32,000 nt of DNA from Candidatus Heimdallarchaeota archaeon B3_Heim (GCA_003144275.1 NJBF01000037.1:6818-38817), one strand, 5' to 3'. Counted from the first letter of the stretch, positions 18,595 to 27,446 are shown. Translations and numbers: made by a program. The notes: generated from the sequence alone by a model not told the origin.

Positions 18595-19707
18595 TTATTT
18601 TCTGTATTTTTTCTGGAACATTTGAATTATTTTCTGATAACTGGGTCCTGAAATCCGGATCATTTTTACATTATTAATGGGTTTATTACAACGGCTACAA
18701 ATATTAGACACTAGAAGCCATTTTTGAAACTCATCAGCATGAGATGGATGTTTACAACGGGGGCAAATGACTACTTGTTTATCTGATTCTGTGGGAAATT
18801 CATAGCAATAAATACATCGAAAATCGTCCTTTGAAATGTTCTGACCTGCTGGGGTTAAACTGGCAATAAGTGCAGGAGTTAGCTTCCTCTTTGTTCTCTT
18901 TGGCATGTGTATTGGAGGAGCGACCTGAACATTTGATCTCTGGGGACTTCTACTCGCTCTTTCCTGTACTTGAGTTACACGTGATGGCTGTGGAGTTGAT
19001 CGACGAGTTTCTACTGATGTTCTAGAAGATCTAACAGCTCTTCTCTGTGATTGAAAATCTCTAGTGGAAGTTCTAGAAACCCGTCTAAAGGGAATAATTA
19101 CAAATTTGAGTATATAATTTTGAAAGAAGGTTAGGATACTGAAAAGTAAGAAAAATAATGACGATAGTTCAATTGTTTTCTGATCTAACCAAAAAATGGT
19201 GAAAATTACAAGAAAACTTGCATTTAACACAATTATCGATTCAGAAGGAAATCGTCGTCGAAATATGAAAATATTAGGATAGGTTCCAGAATAGTATCTT
19301 CTAATTAGAATTCCGAGGATTGCAAAGAAGGGTAAACAAAATATTAGACTAAATAAATTTAAAAACAGATAGAAAGAATCTAGCTGAAATAAATTTAGGT
19401 TTAAATCTAATTCAATAAATGTTGCATGGAGAATATTTTCAGTATCGTCCAATGTGGCAGTAAATGCAGTCAAACTCCCCCCGATAGCAATCAGGGCAGG
19501 AATACTAATGAAAATTGCTGAAGCTAGTGGAGCATTATATGATCGGTAATATCGCCATTCATCTACTAGTTTGATTAGTAAAATAGCAACGAAAGTGAAA
19601 TAAATTAACGTTATCGAGAGAGAGCTTTGTGGGTTAACGATTTGGCTTAAGAACGCAAAGACCAATCCAGTGAGAAAAACAGAAATATAGACATTTCTTC
19701 CAACCAA
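18595..19707 (-). CDS. Membrane-anchored RING-H2-like E3 ligase candidate (~6 TM, disordered linker, RING)
   Basis: CIYC-x13-CPRCKHPSHADEFQKW-x6-CSRC after an R/S/Q-rich linker; located in the E1/E2/Ubl cluster. Confidence 0.8.
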   Translation of the reverse strand: MVGRNVYISVFLTGLVFAFLSQIVNPQSSLSITLIYFTFVAILLIKLVDEWRYYRSYNAPLASAIFISIPALIAIGGSLTAFTATLDDTENILHATFIELDLNLNLFQLDSFYLFLNLFSLIFCLPFFAILGILIRRYYSGTYPNIFIFRRRFPSESIIVLNASFLVIFTIFWLDQKTIELSSLFFLLFSILTFFQNYILKFVIIPFRRVSRTSTRDFQSQRRAVRSSRTSVETRRSTPQPSRVTQVQERASRSPQRSNVQVAPPIHMPKRTKRKLTPALIASLTPAGQNISKDDFRCIYCYEFPTESDKQVVICPRCKHPSHADEFQKWLLVSNICSRCNKPINNVKMIRISGPSYQKIIQMFQKKYRK

Positions 19708-19730
19708 ATAGATTTCACGACCTCATCTTC

Positions 19731-20552
19731 TCAATCATAGTCATATTCTAAGAACATTGTTTTCCCTTCTGCTAAGGGTAGTAGTGTGCTGATTAATTCC
19801 GGAAGACTTTCTAAAGGACAGTTTAAAACTTCATGACGAGGTTCTTCCCATGTTTTCAAATCTTTTTTTAGCCTGAAGATTTTGAATCCATAATTTCTTC
19901 TGGATATTTTAGTTGGATCAATAACGAGGGCTATCGGCGCCGCGAGTTGAGATCCTTTAGTTCCTAATTTTTGATAGCGAACTTGTGTTCTATAATCCGT
20001 TGTACTCATAAATGCTCCATAAGAAGGATGTGAATGGTACCATCCAAGAATTAGTTCCTTTTTCTTCCTACTTTCATTAAATACTCGCACCATGCTTTGG
20101 GGATCCTCGATTTGGGCATTAACATTTGTGCCATGACCTACTGGAAATGCATCTGTAATCACCAGACACGCAAGGGGAGTGTCTTTATTTTCAATATGTC
20201 CTGTTAACAGCCCTATAACTTCAACCCATTCTACTTGAGGAATTGTTGAATTTGCATACTTTAGAGCATGGAGACTTAGACGGATATAGGCTTTTAATTG
20301 AAGTTTCACTCTTGCTGGATCAATTTCAGGATCTAGATCATCAATATCGAGTAAGTCTTCTTCTCCCTGAGTGCGGTCATTTTTCAACGAAAACGTCTCC
20401 TCTGAAGGAGGAATTTTTTTGGATTCAGTAGTCGGGAATTTTAAAGTAAGAGTTAAATTATCTGGATCATAATTCATGGAGGTATCTCTCAGAAGAAGTT
20501 CGAATAAATTCCGCGGTTTTTCTTTTTTTTTATCTGGCATCAAATAGACCAC
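19731..20552 (-). CDS. JAB/MPN+ (JAMM) metalloprotease, Rpn11/CSN5-like deubiquitinase
   Basis: EVIGLL...GWYHSHPSYGAFMSTTD (E...HxH-x7-S-x2-D); ALVIDP. Confidence 0.93.
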   Translation of the reverse strand: MVYLMPDKKKEKPRNLFELLLRDTSMNYDPDNLTLTLKFPTTESKKIPPSEETFSLKNDRTQGEEDLLDIDDLDPEIDPARVKLQLKAYIRLSLHALKYANSTIPQVEWVEVIGLLTGHIENKDTPLACLVITDAFPVGHGTNVNAQIEDPQSMVRVFNESRKKKELILGWYHSHPSYGAFMSTTDYRTQVRYQKLGTKGSQLAAPIALVIDPTKISRRNYGFKIFRLKKDLKTWEEPRHEVLNCPLESLPELISTLLPLAEGKTMFLEYDYD

Positions 20553-20585
20553 TTTTGCTGGTACTTTACTAATCTTCTCAAATCC

Positions 20586-21113
20586 TCACCACTTCTTTTT
20601 TGCATACTTCTTAGTGATTTTTTTAGCCTTTTCTTTGAATTTACCCTTATTTTTCAGGTATTCCACTGCAGCTTTCTTGTTAAAAACATCATGAGGGTTG
20701 GTGTAAGCTTCATCAATATTGAACATGGCTAAAATTGAGTATATCACTGTGGTAACGTTTTTTGACGGAGACCATCCTTGTGGTTTCCCTACCAAGTCGG
20801 GGTCGACTAATCCAAGACAAATATTCCGTTTTCCCTTGTATTCATCAGGTTTGGGCCAAAAATTCGGGTGCCAAATCGGGGTATGTAATCTTACGAAAGG
20901 AGGAGAATAGGGGTAATTGGAACCAAATTTGATTTCGAGCATAAACTTCCCGTCTTGGTAGGGAGTACCTTTTGGACCTTCGAGAAGAATAGCTAAGTGC
21001 TCTACACTTTTTTTCTCTCCTGGGAAAGCTTTTAGCTGTTTAATCGTCTTTTGCTTGTAAAGAGTTTTTAATTGATTATAATCTTCTGCAATACGTTTAA
21101 TGCGAATAGACAT
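20586..21113 (-). CDS. E2 ubiquitin-conjugating enzyme family protein
   Basis: GPKGTPYQDGKF; YPYSPP; IWHPN; catalytic ICL; WSP. Confidence 0.95.
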   Translation of the reverse strand: MSIRIKRIAEDYNQLKTLYKQKTIKQLKAFPGEKKSVEHLAILLEGPKGTPYQDGKFMLEIKFGSNYPYSPPFVRLHTPIWHPNFWPKPDEYKGKRNICLGLVDPDLVGKPQGWSPSKNVTTVIYSILAMFNIDEAYTNPHDVFNKKAAVEYLKNKGKFKEKAKKITKKYAKKKW

Positions 21114-21119
21114 GATAAA

Positions 21120-22358
21120 TTAACCTTCTAACTTTAGTGTAAGATATGCTTGTGATCCATCGTCAAAACCTGTTACAAGAACTGTCTCACAATCCCTTAT
21201 TTCAGCTTGAGATATTGTTTGTTCCATAGATATTTCCCCAACTTCAGAAGAATCAATCCTAAATATCATAGGAGGAAATTCAGGGTCAATTGGGTAATTT
21301 TTATTATGAGAAAATTTCTCTATTAACCGTGTTAAAGGAAAGTTTCGTTTAACTTTGATACGAAACATTGAAGTTCTTCCCCGTCCACACATCTCGCATT
21401 TGGGATTACGTGGTTTTTCAATCTCATAAAATTTACCCGTTAAACCATTATAAATCAAATAGTTCAATTGGATATTCCCCAATTTCTTATCTGGCTCTGG
21501 TGTGTGAATATGATGTAGTATTTTGACAGCCTCTTGTGATTGAAGAGATGCCATTACGCAATTTATCGTGATAACTGTCGGCTCGTGATTATCAATTATC
21601 TGAATAATCTGGTTGATCGAAAATTGCTCTTCTTGGGGAAAATATTCTTTGAGAAGTTTATTTGCATATAAAACCACATCTTTAACTTCATTTGACTTTA
21701 GAATATTAACTGGTTTTCCGTGTTTTTGTTCGAAGTGTAACTGTCCTTTAAGAATACAATGAGCTGGTCTACGAGGTTTTCCCACAAGTGTACATGCTCC
21801 AAGCTGATCTTGATTACGTTCAGTTAAAGGATCACACTCCAAGCATGCGTTATTGAACGGAGAAACTACATATGTATGGCCATTGTACACTGAAGTGCCT
21901 GCATCAATGAGATATTTCTTGTTATGAACTGCTCTTCGATTTAATTCAGATCTAGCTTCAATAGAGTCAAGACCAGCAATATAAAAATCGACCTTGCTGT
22001 AAATATGAGGAGGTACATCTTGTAAGGGGCAATCATAAGCATCAATGGTGATGAATGGATTCATTTCACGAAGTCTTTTCGCTGCGATCTTTGCTTTTGA
22101 AGCACCCTCTGGTGCACCAATAAACAATATCTGACGATTCAAATTTGAATATTCTATTGTATCAAGATCCACAAGTATTAAGTGTCCAACACCAACCATA
22201 GCCAAGTTTTTAGCTATTTCTACGCCTAAGCCCCCTATTCCCGCAATGAGGACTGAGCTTTGTTTTAGAATTTCCTGGTTCCATCCAGGAAGACGAAATT
22301 GACGATCAAAGCGTCGTTTTTCCTCATGTGTTAGTGTTTTACTTGTGAAATTTGACAT
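21120..22358 (-). CDS. E1 ubiquitin-like activating enzyme (ThiF fold, UBA3/UBA2-like catalytic insert, probable C-terminal ubiquitin-fold domain)
   Basis: RFDRQ; GIGGLG; SNLNRQILF; CLEC and CEMC zinc pairs; GACTLVGKPRRPAHC. Confidence 0.95.
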   Translation of the reverse strand: MSNFTSKTLTHEEKRRFDRQFRLPGWNQEILKQSSVLIAGIGGLGVEIAKNLAMVGVGHLILVDLDTIEYSNLNRQILFIGAPEGASKAKIAAKRLREMNPFITIDAYDCPLQDVPPHIYSKVDFYIAGLDSIEARSELNRRAVHNKKYLIDAGTSVYNGHTYVVSPFNNACLECDPLTERNQDQLGACTLVGKPRRPAHCILKGQLHFEQKHGKPVNILKSNEVKDVVLYANKLLKEYFPQEEQFSINQIIQIIDNHEPTVITINCVMASLQSQEAVKILHHIHTPEPDKKLGNIQLNYLIYNGLTGKFYEIEKPRNPKCEMCGRGRTSMFRIKVKRNFPLTRLIEKFSHNKNYPIDPEFPPMIFRIDSSEVGEISMEQTISQAEIRDCETVLVTGFDDGSQAYLTLKLEG

Positions 22359-22383
22359 ACCATTTGCTCCTCTGAGAGTGGGA

Positions 22384-22734
22384 TTATCCTGCAGTACTTA
22401 CAGGAATAATTAGGACTTCTAGTCCATCTTCCAGATCATAATTTGACAATACATCATCCGAATCCAATGTTCGTCCACTAATTGAAAGGTGAAAGTCTTG
22501 TGTATCTAGTGCAAATATTTCACCAACTGTTGCGGCTAATTCTCGTACAGACAGTTCTGGATCTACAGTTAGTTTTTCTTGTTTTTCATGGCGTCCAATT
22601 GTTGATCGGAAGAATAATGTTATTCGTTGTCCATTTGGGATTTTGGAACGCGGAACTTTCGATTGTATCGATGAATCGTTTTGCCCCTCTTCCTCTTCTT
22701 CTTCAAATTCAATAAACTCTTCATTTTCCGACAT
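22384..22734 (-). CDS. Ubiquitin-like protein B (acidic N-terminus, ends STAG)
   Basis: Beta-grasp pattern FFRSTIG...FHLSISGRTLD...YDLEDG..VLIIP; start at ATG 22734 chosen by parallel with its paralog (ORF track extends to 22881). Confidence 0.85.
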   Translation of the reverse strand: MSENEEFIEFEEEEEEGQNDSSIQSKVPRSKIPNGQRITLFFRSTIGRHEKQEKLTVDPELSVRELAATVGEIFALDTQDFHLSISGRTLDSDDVLSNYDLEDGLEVLIIPVSTAG

Positions 22735-22983
22735 AATTACGGCTTCCCTAGTATTCTCGGTGATAAATTCTGGAAAGATTTTGTCCTTAACTTTCGGAGG
22801 TGTTCCAGTTCTTAAAATTTGTAAAGAGAATACAATCAGTTTCATCGTAATCCTTCCATAAATATCTATCTGAATTTTCAACTATATGCCAGTTAATTGG
22901 GATTGAAGAGTTTCTATCTAGTTTTAATTATTTTCAACCTTTTATTTTTGCAAAAATTGGGAAAAAGTGAATTAATCCCCTTA

Positions 22984-23337
22984 TTAATTCCATCCAGCGG
23001 TTGAATGAGGAATTAAGAGGATTTCATCACCATTTTCGATTCCATAATCTCCGATTGGAGAGCTTTCATCCAGAGTTCGTCCAGCATGAGATAAGTGAAA
23101 ATCATCTGGATCTAATCCAAATATATTCGCTAGTGTATCTCGGACATCTCTCACGGGTGTTTTTTCACCGACGGAGAGTTTCTCTGTTCTCTCAGGGCCA
23201 ACGGTTGATTTAAAGAAAATATTCTTCTTGGGTCCAGAGGTAGTCCCTGTTACGGGTGTCTTCGACTGTGCAGGAGTTTTTGCCTTTACAGACGATGTTT
23301 CTTCAAGATCAAAATCTATATCTTCAAAGTCACTCAT
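22984..23337 (-). CDS. Ubiquitin-like protein A (acidic N-terminus, ends STAG-WN)
   Basis: FFKSTVG...FHLSHAGRTLD...YGIENGDEILLIP; paralog of 22384-22734. Confidence 0.88.
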   Translation of the reverse strand: MSDFEDIDFDLEETSSVKAKTPAQSKTPVTGTTSGPKKNIFFKSTVGPERTEKLSVGEKTPVRDVRDTLANIFGLDPDDFHLSHAGRTLDESSPIGDYGIENGDEILLIPHSTAGWN

Positions 23338-23406
23338 TTTTTATTCACTTTTTTTTCATTTATTGATTGTGTTCCAATTATTTGTGATACATGGAACTCA
23401 TGTAAC

Positions 23407-23468
23407 TTACGTAACCCACCCATTTATAAAACTTACGAAATACCCGTAACACCCGAAATCTATAAATA
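23407..23468. promoter_or_regulatory. Divergent promoter region with two TATA-like boxes and four 9-bp repeats
   Basis: TTTATAAA 23423-23430; TATAAATA 23461-23468; TTACGTAAC 23407-23415; TTACGAAAT, ACCCGTAAC and ACCCGAAAT in tandem at 23433-23459. Confidence 0.6.
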
Positions 23469-23505
23469 TGGGAATAATCAATATTTCTTTTAAGAGGCAA
23501 GTTAA

Positions 23506-23886
23506 GTGTCGAAAGAAGCTCAAAATGTCAAGATTTCTAGTAAGGCATGGGAGATGCTTCGTTGGGCAAAATTTGAACTAACTGAGAAATCTTATAGCGA
23601 TGTACTCATCAAATTAGATGGTACAATTCAGAACAGAGCTCATTCTCTTCAAGAGGAACTTAAGGAGTTTGATGAAGGTCGTCATAGGATTGAAATGAAA
23701 ATCCCAGGAGAAGGGAAAGTAACTAAAAGTTCGAAAACTATTCTACTAAGACCAGATGCTCATAAAATCTTAAGTCGTCTCAAACTTGAAAGTAATACAT
23801 CTGCGTACACATTTTCAGATGCTATTGAGTTTCTGATAAAACAAAATTCAGCTATTTGGGAAAGTATTCCAGATCGCTTGAAATAA
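23506..23886 (+). CDS. Putative DNA-binding protein with two tandem ribbon-helix-helix-like units
   Basis: NVKISSKAWEMLRWAKFELTEKSYSDVLIKL and TILLRPDAHKILSRLKLESNTSAYTFSDAIEFLI. Confidence 0.6.
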   Translation: MSKEAQNVKISSKAWEMLRWAKFELTEKSYSDVLIKLDGTIQNRAHSLQEELKEFDEGRHRIEMKIPGEGKVTKSSKTILLRPDAHKILSRLKLESNTSAYTFSDAIEFLIKQNSAIWESIPDRLK

Positions 23887-23965
23887 TTCAATCTCGTTAT
23901 TTTTTCCTTTTTTCACCAGAGAAAAAAGGGGATTTATGAAATTTGGGTGGAATTTGAGAAAAACT

Positions 23966-24424
23966 TCAAATTCCAATTTTCCAGAAATCAATAATTTGGT
24001 CCGCATGTTCCGCTGATTTAACTTTATCATGCCCTTCTGCGCCATAAATACCCTCAATTAGCCCTTCTTCATTGATTAGATATGTAATTCTTGCAACTCT
24101 GTTTCCTCGTTTAAAGGCACCAAATTTTTTCGCTAGGGCTAATTTTTCATCCATTAAAAGTGGGAAAGGTAGTTTAAACTTATCTATGAATTTTTGATGT
24201 GACTTAGGATTTCCTCCTGATACTCCGTATACTGCTATTCCTTTATCTAGAAACATCTGATAATTGTCTCTAAAGGAACAGGCTTCTTTCGTACAACCTG
24301 GAGTATTATCTTTGGGATAAAAATAGAGGACATACTTAGTACCTTTCAGGCTTTCAGAATCGATTTTAGTTCCTGCTTGTGATTTTGTTGTGAATTCAGG
24401 GGTAGGATCTCCTACTTTCAACAT
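23966..24424 (-). CDS. bcp: Peroxiredoxin, BCP/PrxQ type
   Basis: LYFYPKDNTPGCTKEACSFRD; LPFPLLMD; RITYLI. Confidence 0.95.
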   Translation of the reverse strand: MLKVGDPTPEFTTKSQAGTKIDSESLKGTKYVLYFYPKDNTPGCTKEACSFRDNYQMFLDKGIAVYGVSGGNPKSHQKFIDKFKLPFPLLMDEKLALAKKFGAFKRGNRVARITYLINEEGLIEGIYGAEGHDKVKSAEHADQIIDFWKIGI

Positions 24425-24639
24425 CTTTTTAATCTCCTTTTTCCTTCTTAAACATTCTATCTTAATAAAGTGAGAATTTATTATACACTAATAACCTGAT
24501 TTCTACTATTTCGAAAAATTTAACATTAAAAAACCTAAATTAATCTATACTCTAGATTTAATAAATTTCAAATACTATTCAATCTTATTGACTTGTGAAG
24601 ACAGTAGAATTAATTTTCTTTGAATAGGTGTGTTAATCT

Positions 24640-25509
24640 TTGGTACGAATCCGTAACTTGATATGTTATTTCATTATATCAGTCTTATTCGTAAATTTTC
24701 CTCATTTTATGAATAATCGTGCCGTCCCAAACTCCTTTGGGGTTAATCAAGGGGAGAATATAGAATTTGCTGTTATTGAGAAGCCAGAAAGGCCTGAATT
24801 TACCTTAGGCTCCTCTTTTCCTCTTGGTATCAACATTAGTGATATTAGAGCATTATCGATTCTAACAATGGAAAATTTCACTCTTCAACCCGTTTTCAAT
24901 CCTCTTCCTCCTGAAAATACGAATTTCACTTTAAAAATAATTGAATTAGAGGAGACTTCCAACATTGGAAAAATCAATGTTTCATACCAAGTCAGTGAAA
25001 ATTCTTCTCTCGGAAAGGATGAGTATCAGCTCACACTCCACAATTTATTAGGTGAACCATTCATATCAACCGACTGGCAGGAATGGATTCAGGTTGTAGA
25101 CTCTTTATCGACAAAAGATTCCGTGGATGGAAAGAAAATCGAACAGGTCTCTTATAGTTTAACAGATCAAACCTTTAAAACATCAATAATTATTAAACCC
25201 ATAATTCCGAGTAATTTGCGGTTATATATCACTGGTATGAGAATAAACCAAACATTATGCTATTTCACAAGTACGGGAATTCAAGCGTATTTGGTGATAA
25301 TTTCCACGTTTTCAGTTCGTTTTTTCGGAGATTTCACGTCTGTAACATATTATAAATATATGGGAACAACTTCTGGAGTAGTAGGGAATATTTCTATACC
25401 CAGTGACCGTTTTAATCCACTTCAAATCATTTTCCCTATCGTAGGAGGAATTGGGATCTTTATAATTTCTACTCTGGTCATCATCCTTCTTAGAAAACGG
25501 CTAAAATAG
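24640..25509 (+). CDS. Secreted protein with C-terminal membrane anchor
   Basis: N-terminal signal-like segment; C-terminal IIFPIVGGIGIFIISTLVIILLRKRLK. Confidence 0.75.
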   Translation: MVRIRNLICYFIISVLFVNFPHFMNNRAVPNSFGVNQGENIEFAVIEKPERPEFTLGSSFPLGINISDIRALSILTMENFTLQPVFNPLPPENTNFTLKIIELEETSNIGKINVSYQVSENSSLGKDEYQLTLHNLLGEPFISTDWQEWIQVVDSLSTKDSVDGKKIEQVSYSLTDQTFKTSIIIKPIIPSNLRLYITGMRINQTLCYFTSTGIQAYLVIISTFSVRFFGDFTSVTYYKYMGTTSGVVGNISIPSDRFNPLQIIFPIVGGIGIFIISTLVIILLRKRLK

Positions 25510-25535
25510 CCTTTCACTAGAATGAATCCTAGACT

Positions 25536-25820
25536 TTAGGGAATGGTATAAATTAATTCATAAGTTTGATATGCAAGAGTAAATACCAAGAGTACGAAAA
25601 TTGCTCCGCCAAGGAAAACAAGTGCTTCAATTATAAGAAGAACTGATAAATCCACGAAGAACACTAAAATTATATTCCCAAGATAGCCTATTGAAAAAAA
25701 ACCTACTAACATAGTTGCAGTTCTCCATCTTTTAACAATGCGTGTTTCTTCAAGTAATTTGGAAATTTTTTGAGCATATCTCCAGGCGGAAAAAAAGAAA
25801 CCAATCCTACACCATTTAAT
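25536..25820 (-). pseudogene. Probable membrane-protein gene with damaged or unclear 5' end
   Basis: Open 94-codon frame ...FFFSAWRYAQKISKLLEETRIVKRWRTATMLVGFFSIGYLGNIILVFF...GGAIFVLLVFTLAYQTYELIYTIP*; no early start codon; T7 run at 25790-25796 could hide a frameshift. Confidence 0.45.
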
Positions 25821-26186
25821 TCAATGTTGAAAACTATCGCATCGGTCTGCTCAAAATATGGATGCTTAGACGTGCCCTCTCTTAAAAAGCTTGTTCCAAA
25901 ACTTCATAATTTACCTCCAAATAAAATTTTGGAGATTAAACCGGGAGTTGAGGTCGATGTAGCCATAGATACCACCCCCACTTCAGGAGATCGTCTTCGA
26001 AACGCATTAAGTAGACTCTGAACTTCTTTGAACGAATCTTTGATAAAAGAAGGTTAGCTTAGCTAAGTTCTCAATTTAGTTTTTATGAAACATAATTCAT
26101 ACTGTTCTCTGTAGAAAAGTCATCACCTAATACATATACCCAACGTTTTTCCTTCCTTTCAACCAAAAAAACGAGAAAGATTGTCT

Positions 26187-27446
26187 ATGGCTGAGAATAC
26201 TTCAGTAAGAAACGCTTATATGCTTCTATTCGCTTCCCAGATTGTCAATATCGGTTTTGGATTACTGGCAATCTTTATAACGTTGCTTGCTGACGAAATT
26301 AATCTTCGTCCTCTTGAAATAGGAATTGTCATTTCGATATTTGCTGTTTCACGGGCTATCTCGGCTGCAATTGTTCCAGCGATTTCGGATAAAACGGGAA
26401 GAAGAGGCATACTAATTGGAGCACTATTTGTATATGCTGTTAGTACCACCCTTTTAGGTTTTGCTCGTACGTTTGAAACGCTCTTACTGCTTAGAATTGT
26501 CGAAGGAGCAGCAGCTGGTACAGCTTTTCCTACAGCTGAAGCTTTATTGGTTGATTCTGTTTCTATCGAGGAACGTGGGGCGTGGATGGGAAAATACTTC
26601 ACCACATTTTCTTTTGGATTTATCATTGGTCCCGCGCTTGGAGGAGTCTTATTTACGTTTGGAACAGACTTCTTAAAACTCGCTGTATTAGAGGCATTTA
26701 TCGTTCCATTCATTTTTACTGGATTTTTGGGACTTATTGCTACTATCTTTACTATACTATTTGTTGACGATGTCATTACAGAAGAATCGGTAACTATGGG
26801 GACAGATAACCCATCAGACCAAATGGTTGTTAATACTCCTTATATGTCTTCTTTTCTTCTTGTTGGAGTTCTTTCAGGATTTGCCATAGGGTTGGTTATT
26901 CCTATCTTTACCTTGTACATGACAGATGTATTTGCACTTGATGAAGGGACGATCGGTTTTGTATTTACAATTAGTGGATCAGCTGCTTTATTAGTAAATT
27001 ATCCAGCAGGACGATTGAGTGATAAAATTAATCGAATGAGCATTGTTATCGTGGGGATGGTGTTTGCAGGATTAGGGTTCATTGGTGTTGCGTTTAGTAC
27101 ATCGTTAATTATGGTAATAATTTTCTTTATTTTCCGACAAATGGCGTTTCAAGCATATTTACCAGCATATAGGGCGTTTCAAGCAGATAAAATTCCTCCA
27201 ATGATTAGGGGTAAAGTGATGGGCAGAATACAATCCGCATTCAACGCTGGATTGGTTCTTGGTCCCCTCCTTGGTGCTGTAATTTATGAATTTTATGCAC
27301 ACAAATCTGTTTGGTTTTTCATTAAGGGGTTTACTTTCTTTGGTGGTGGAGTTCCATTTCTTATTGCGGGGATCTTTGGTATAGTACAAGTGTTTATTGC
27401 TATATATATAAATAAGCAAGAAAGAGAGAAATCATTACAAATTTGA
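26187..27446 (+). CDS. Major facilitator superfamily transporter
   Basis: About 12 TM; motif A SDKTGRR and GRLSDKINR; LRIVEG; GPALGG. Confidence 0.93.
   Translation: MAENTSVRNAYMLLFASQIVNIGFGLLAIFITLLADEINLRPLEIGIVISIFAVSRAISAAIVPAISDKTGRRGILIGALFVYAVSTTLLGFARTFETLLLLRIVEGAAAGTAFPTAEALLVDSVSIEERGAWMGKYFTTFSFGFIIGPALGGVLFTFGTDFLKLAVLEAFIVPFIFTGFLGLIATIFTILFVDDVITEESVTMGTDNPSDQMVVNTPYMSSFLLVGVLSGFAIGLVIPIFTLYMTDVFALDEGTIGFVFTISGSAALLVNYPAGRLSDKINRMSIVIVGMVFAGLGFIGVAFSTSLIMVIIFFIFRQMAFQAYLPAYRAFQADKIPPMIRGKVMGRIQSAFNAGLVLGPLLGAVIYEFYAHKSVWFFIKGFTFFGGGVPFLIAGIFGIVQVFIAIYINKQEREKSLQI

Noticed and set aside
22735-22881. 49-codon N-terminal extension of Ubl-B
   Set aside because: Paralog comparison favours the MSENEEF start; the extension has no recognisable features, though it cannot be excluded
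25770-26050. 83-aa plus-strand ORF, and an antisense frame with an internal TGA as a possible selenoprotein
   Set aside because: No recognisable domain, no redox motif or SECIS evidence, and no clear start
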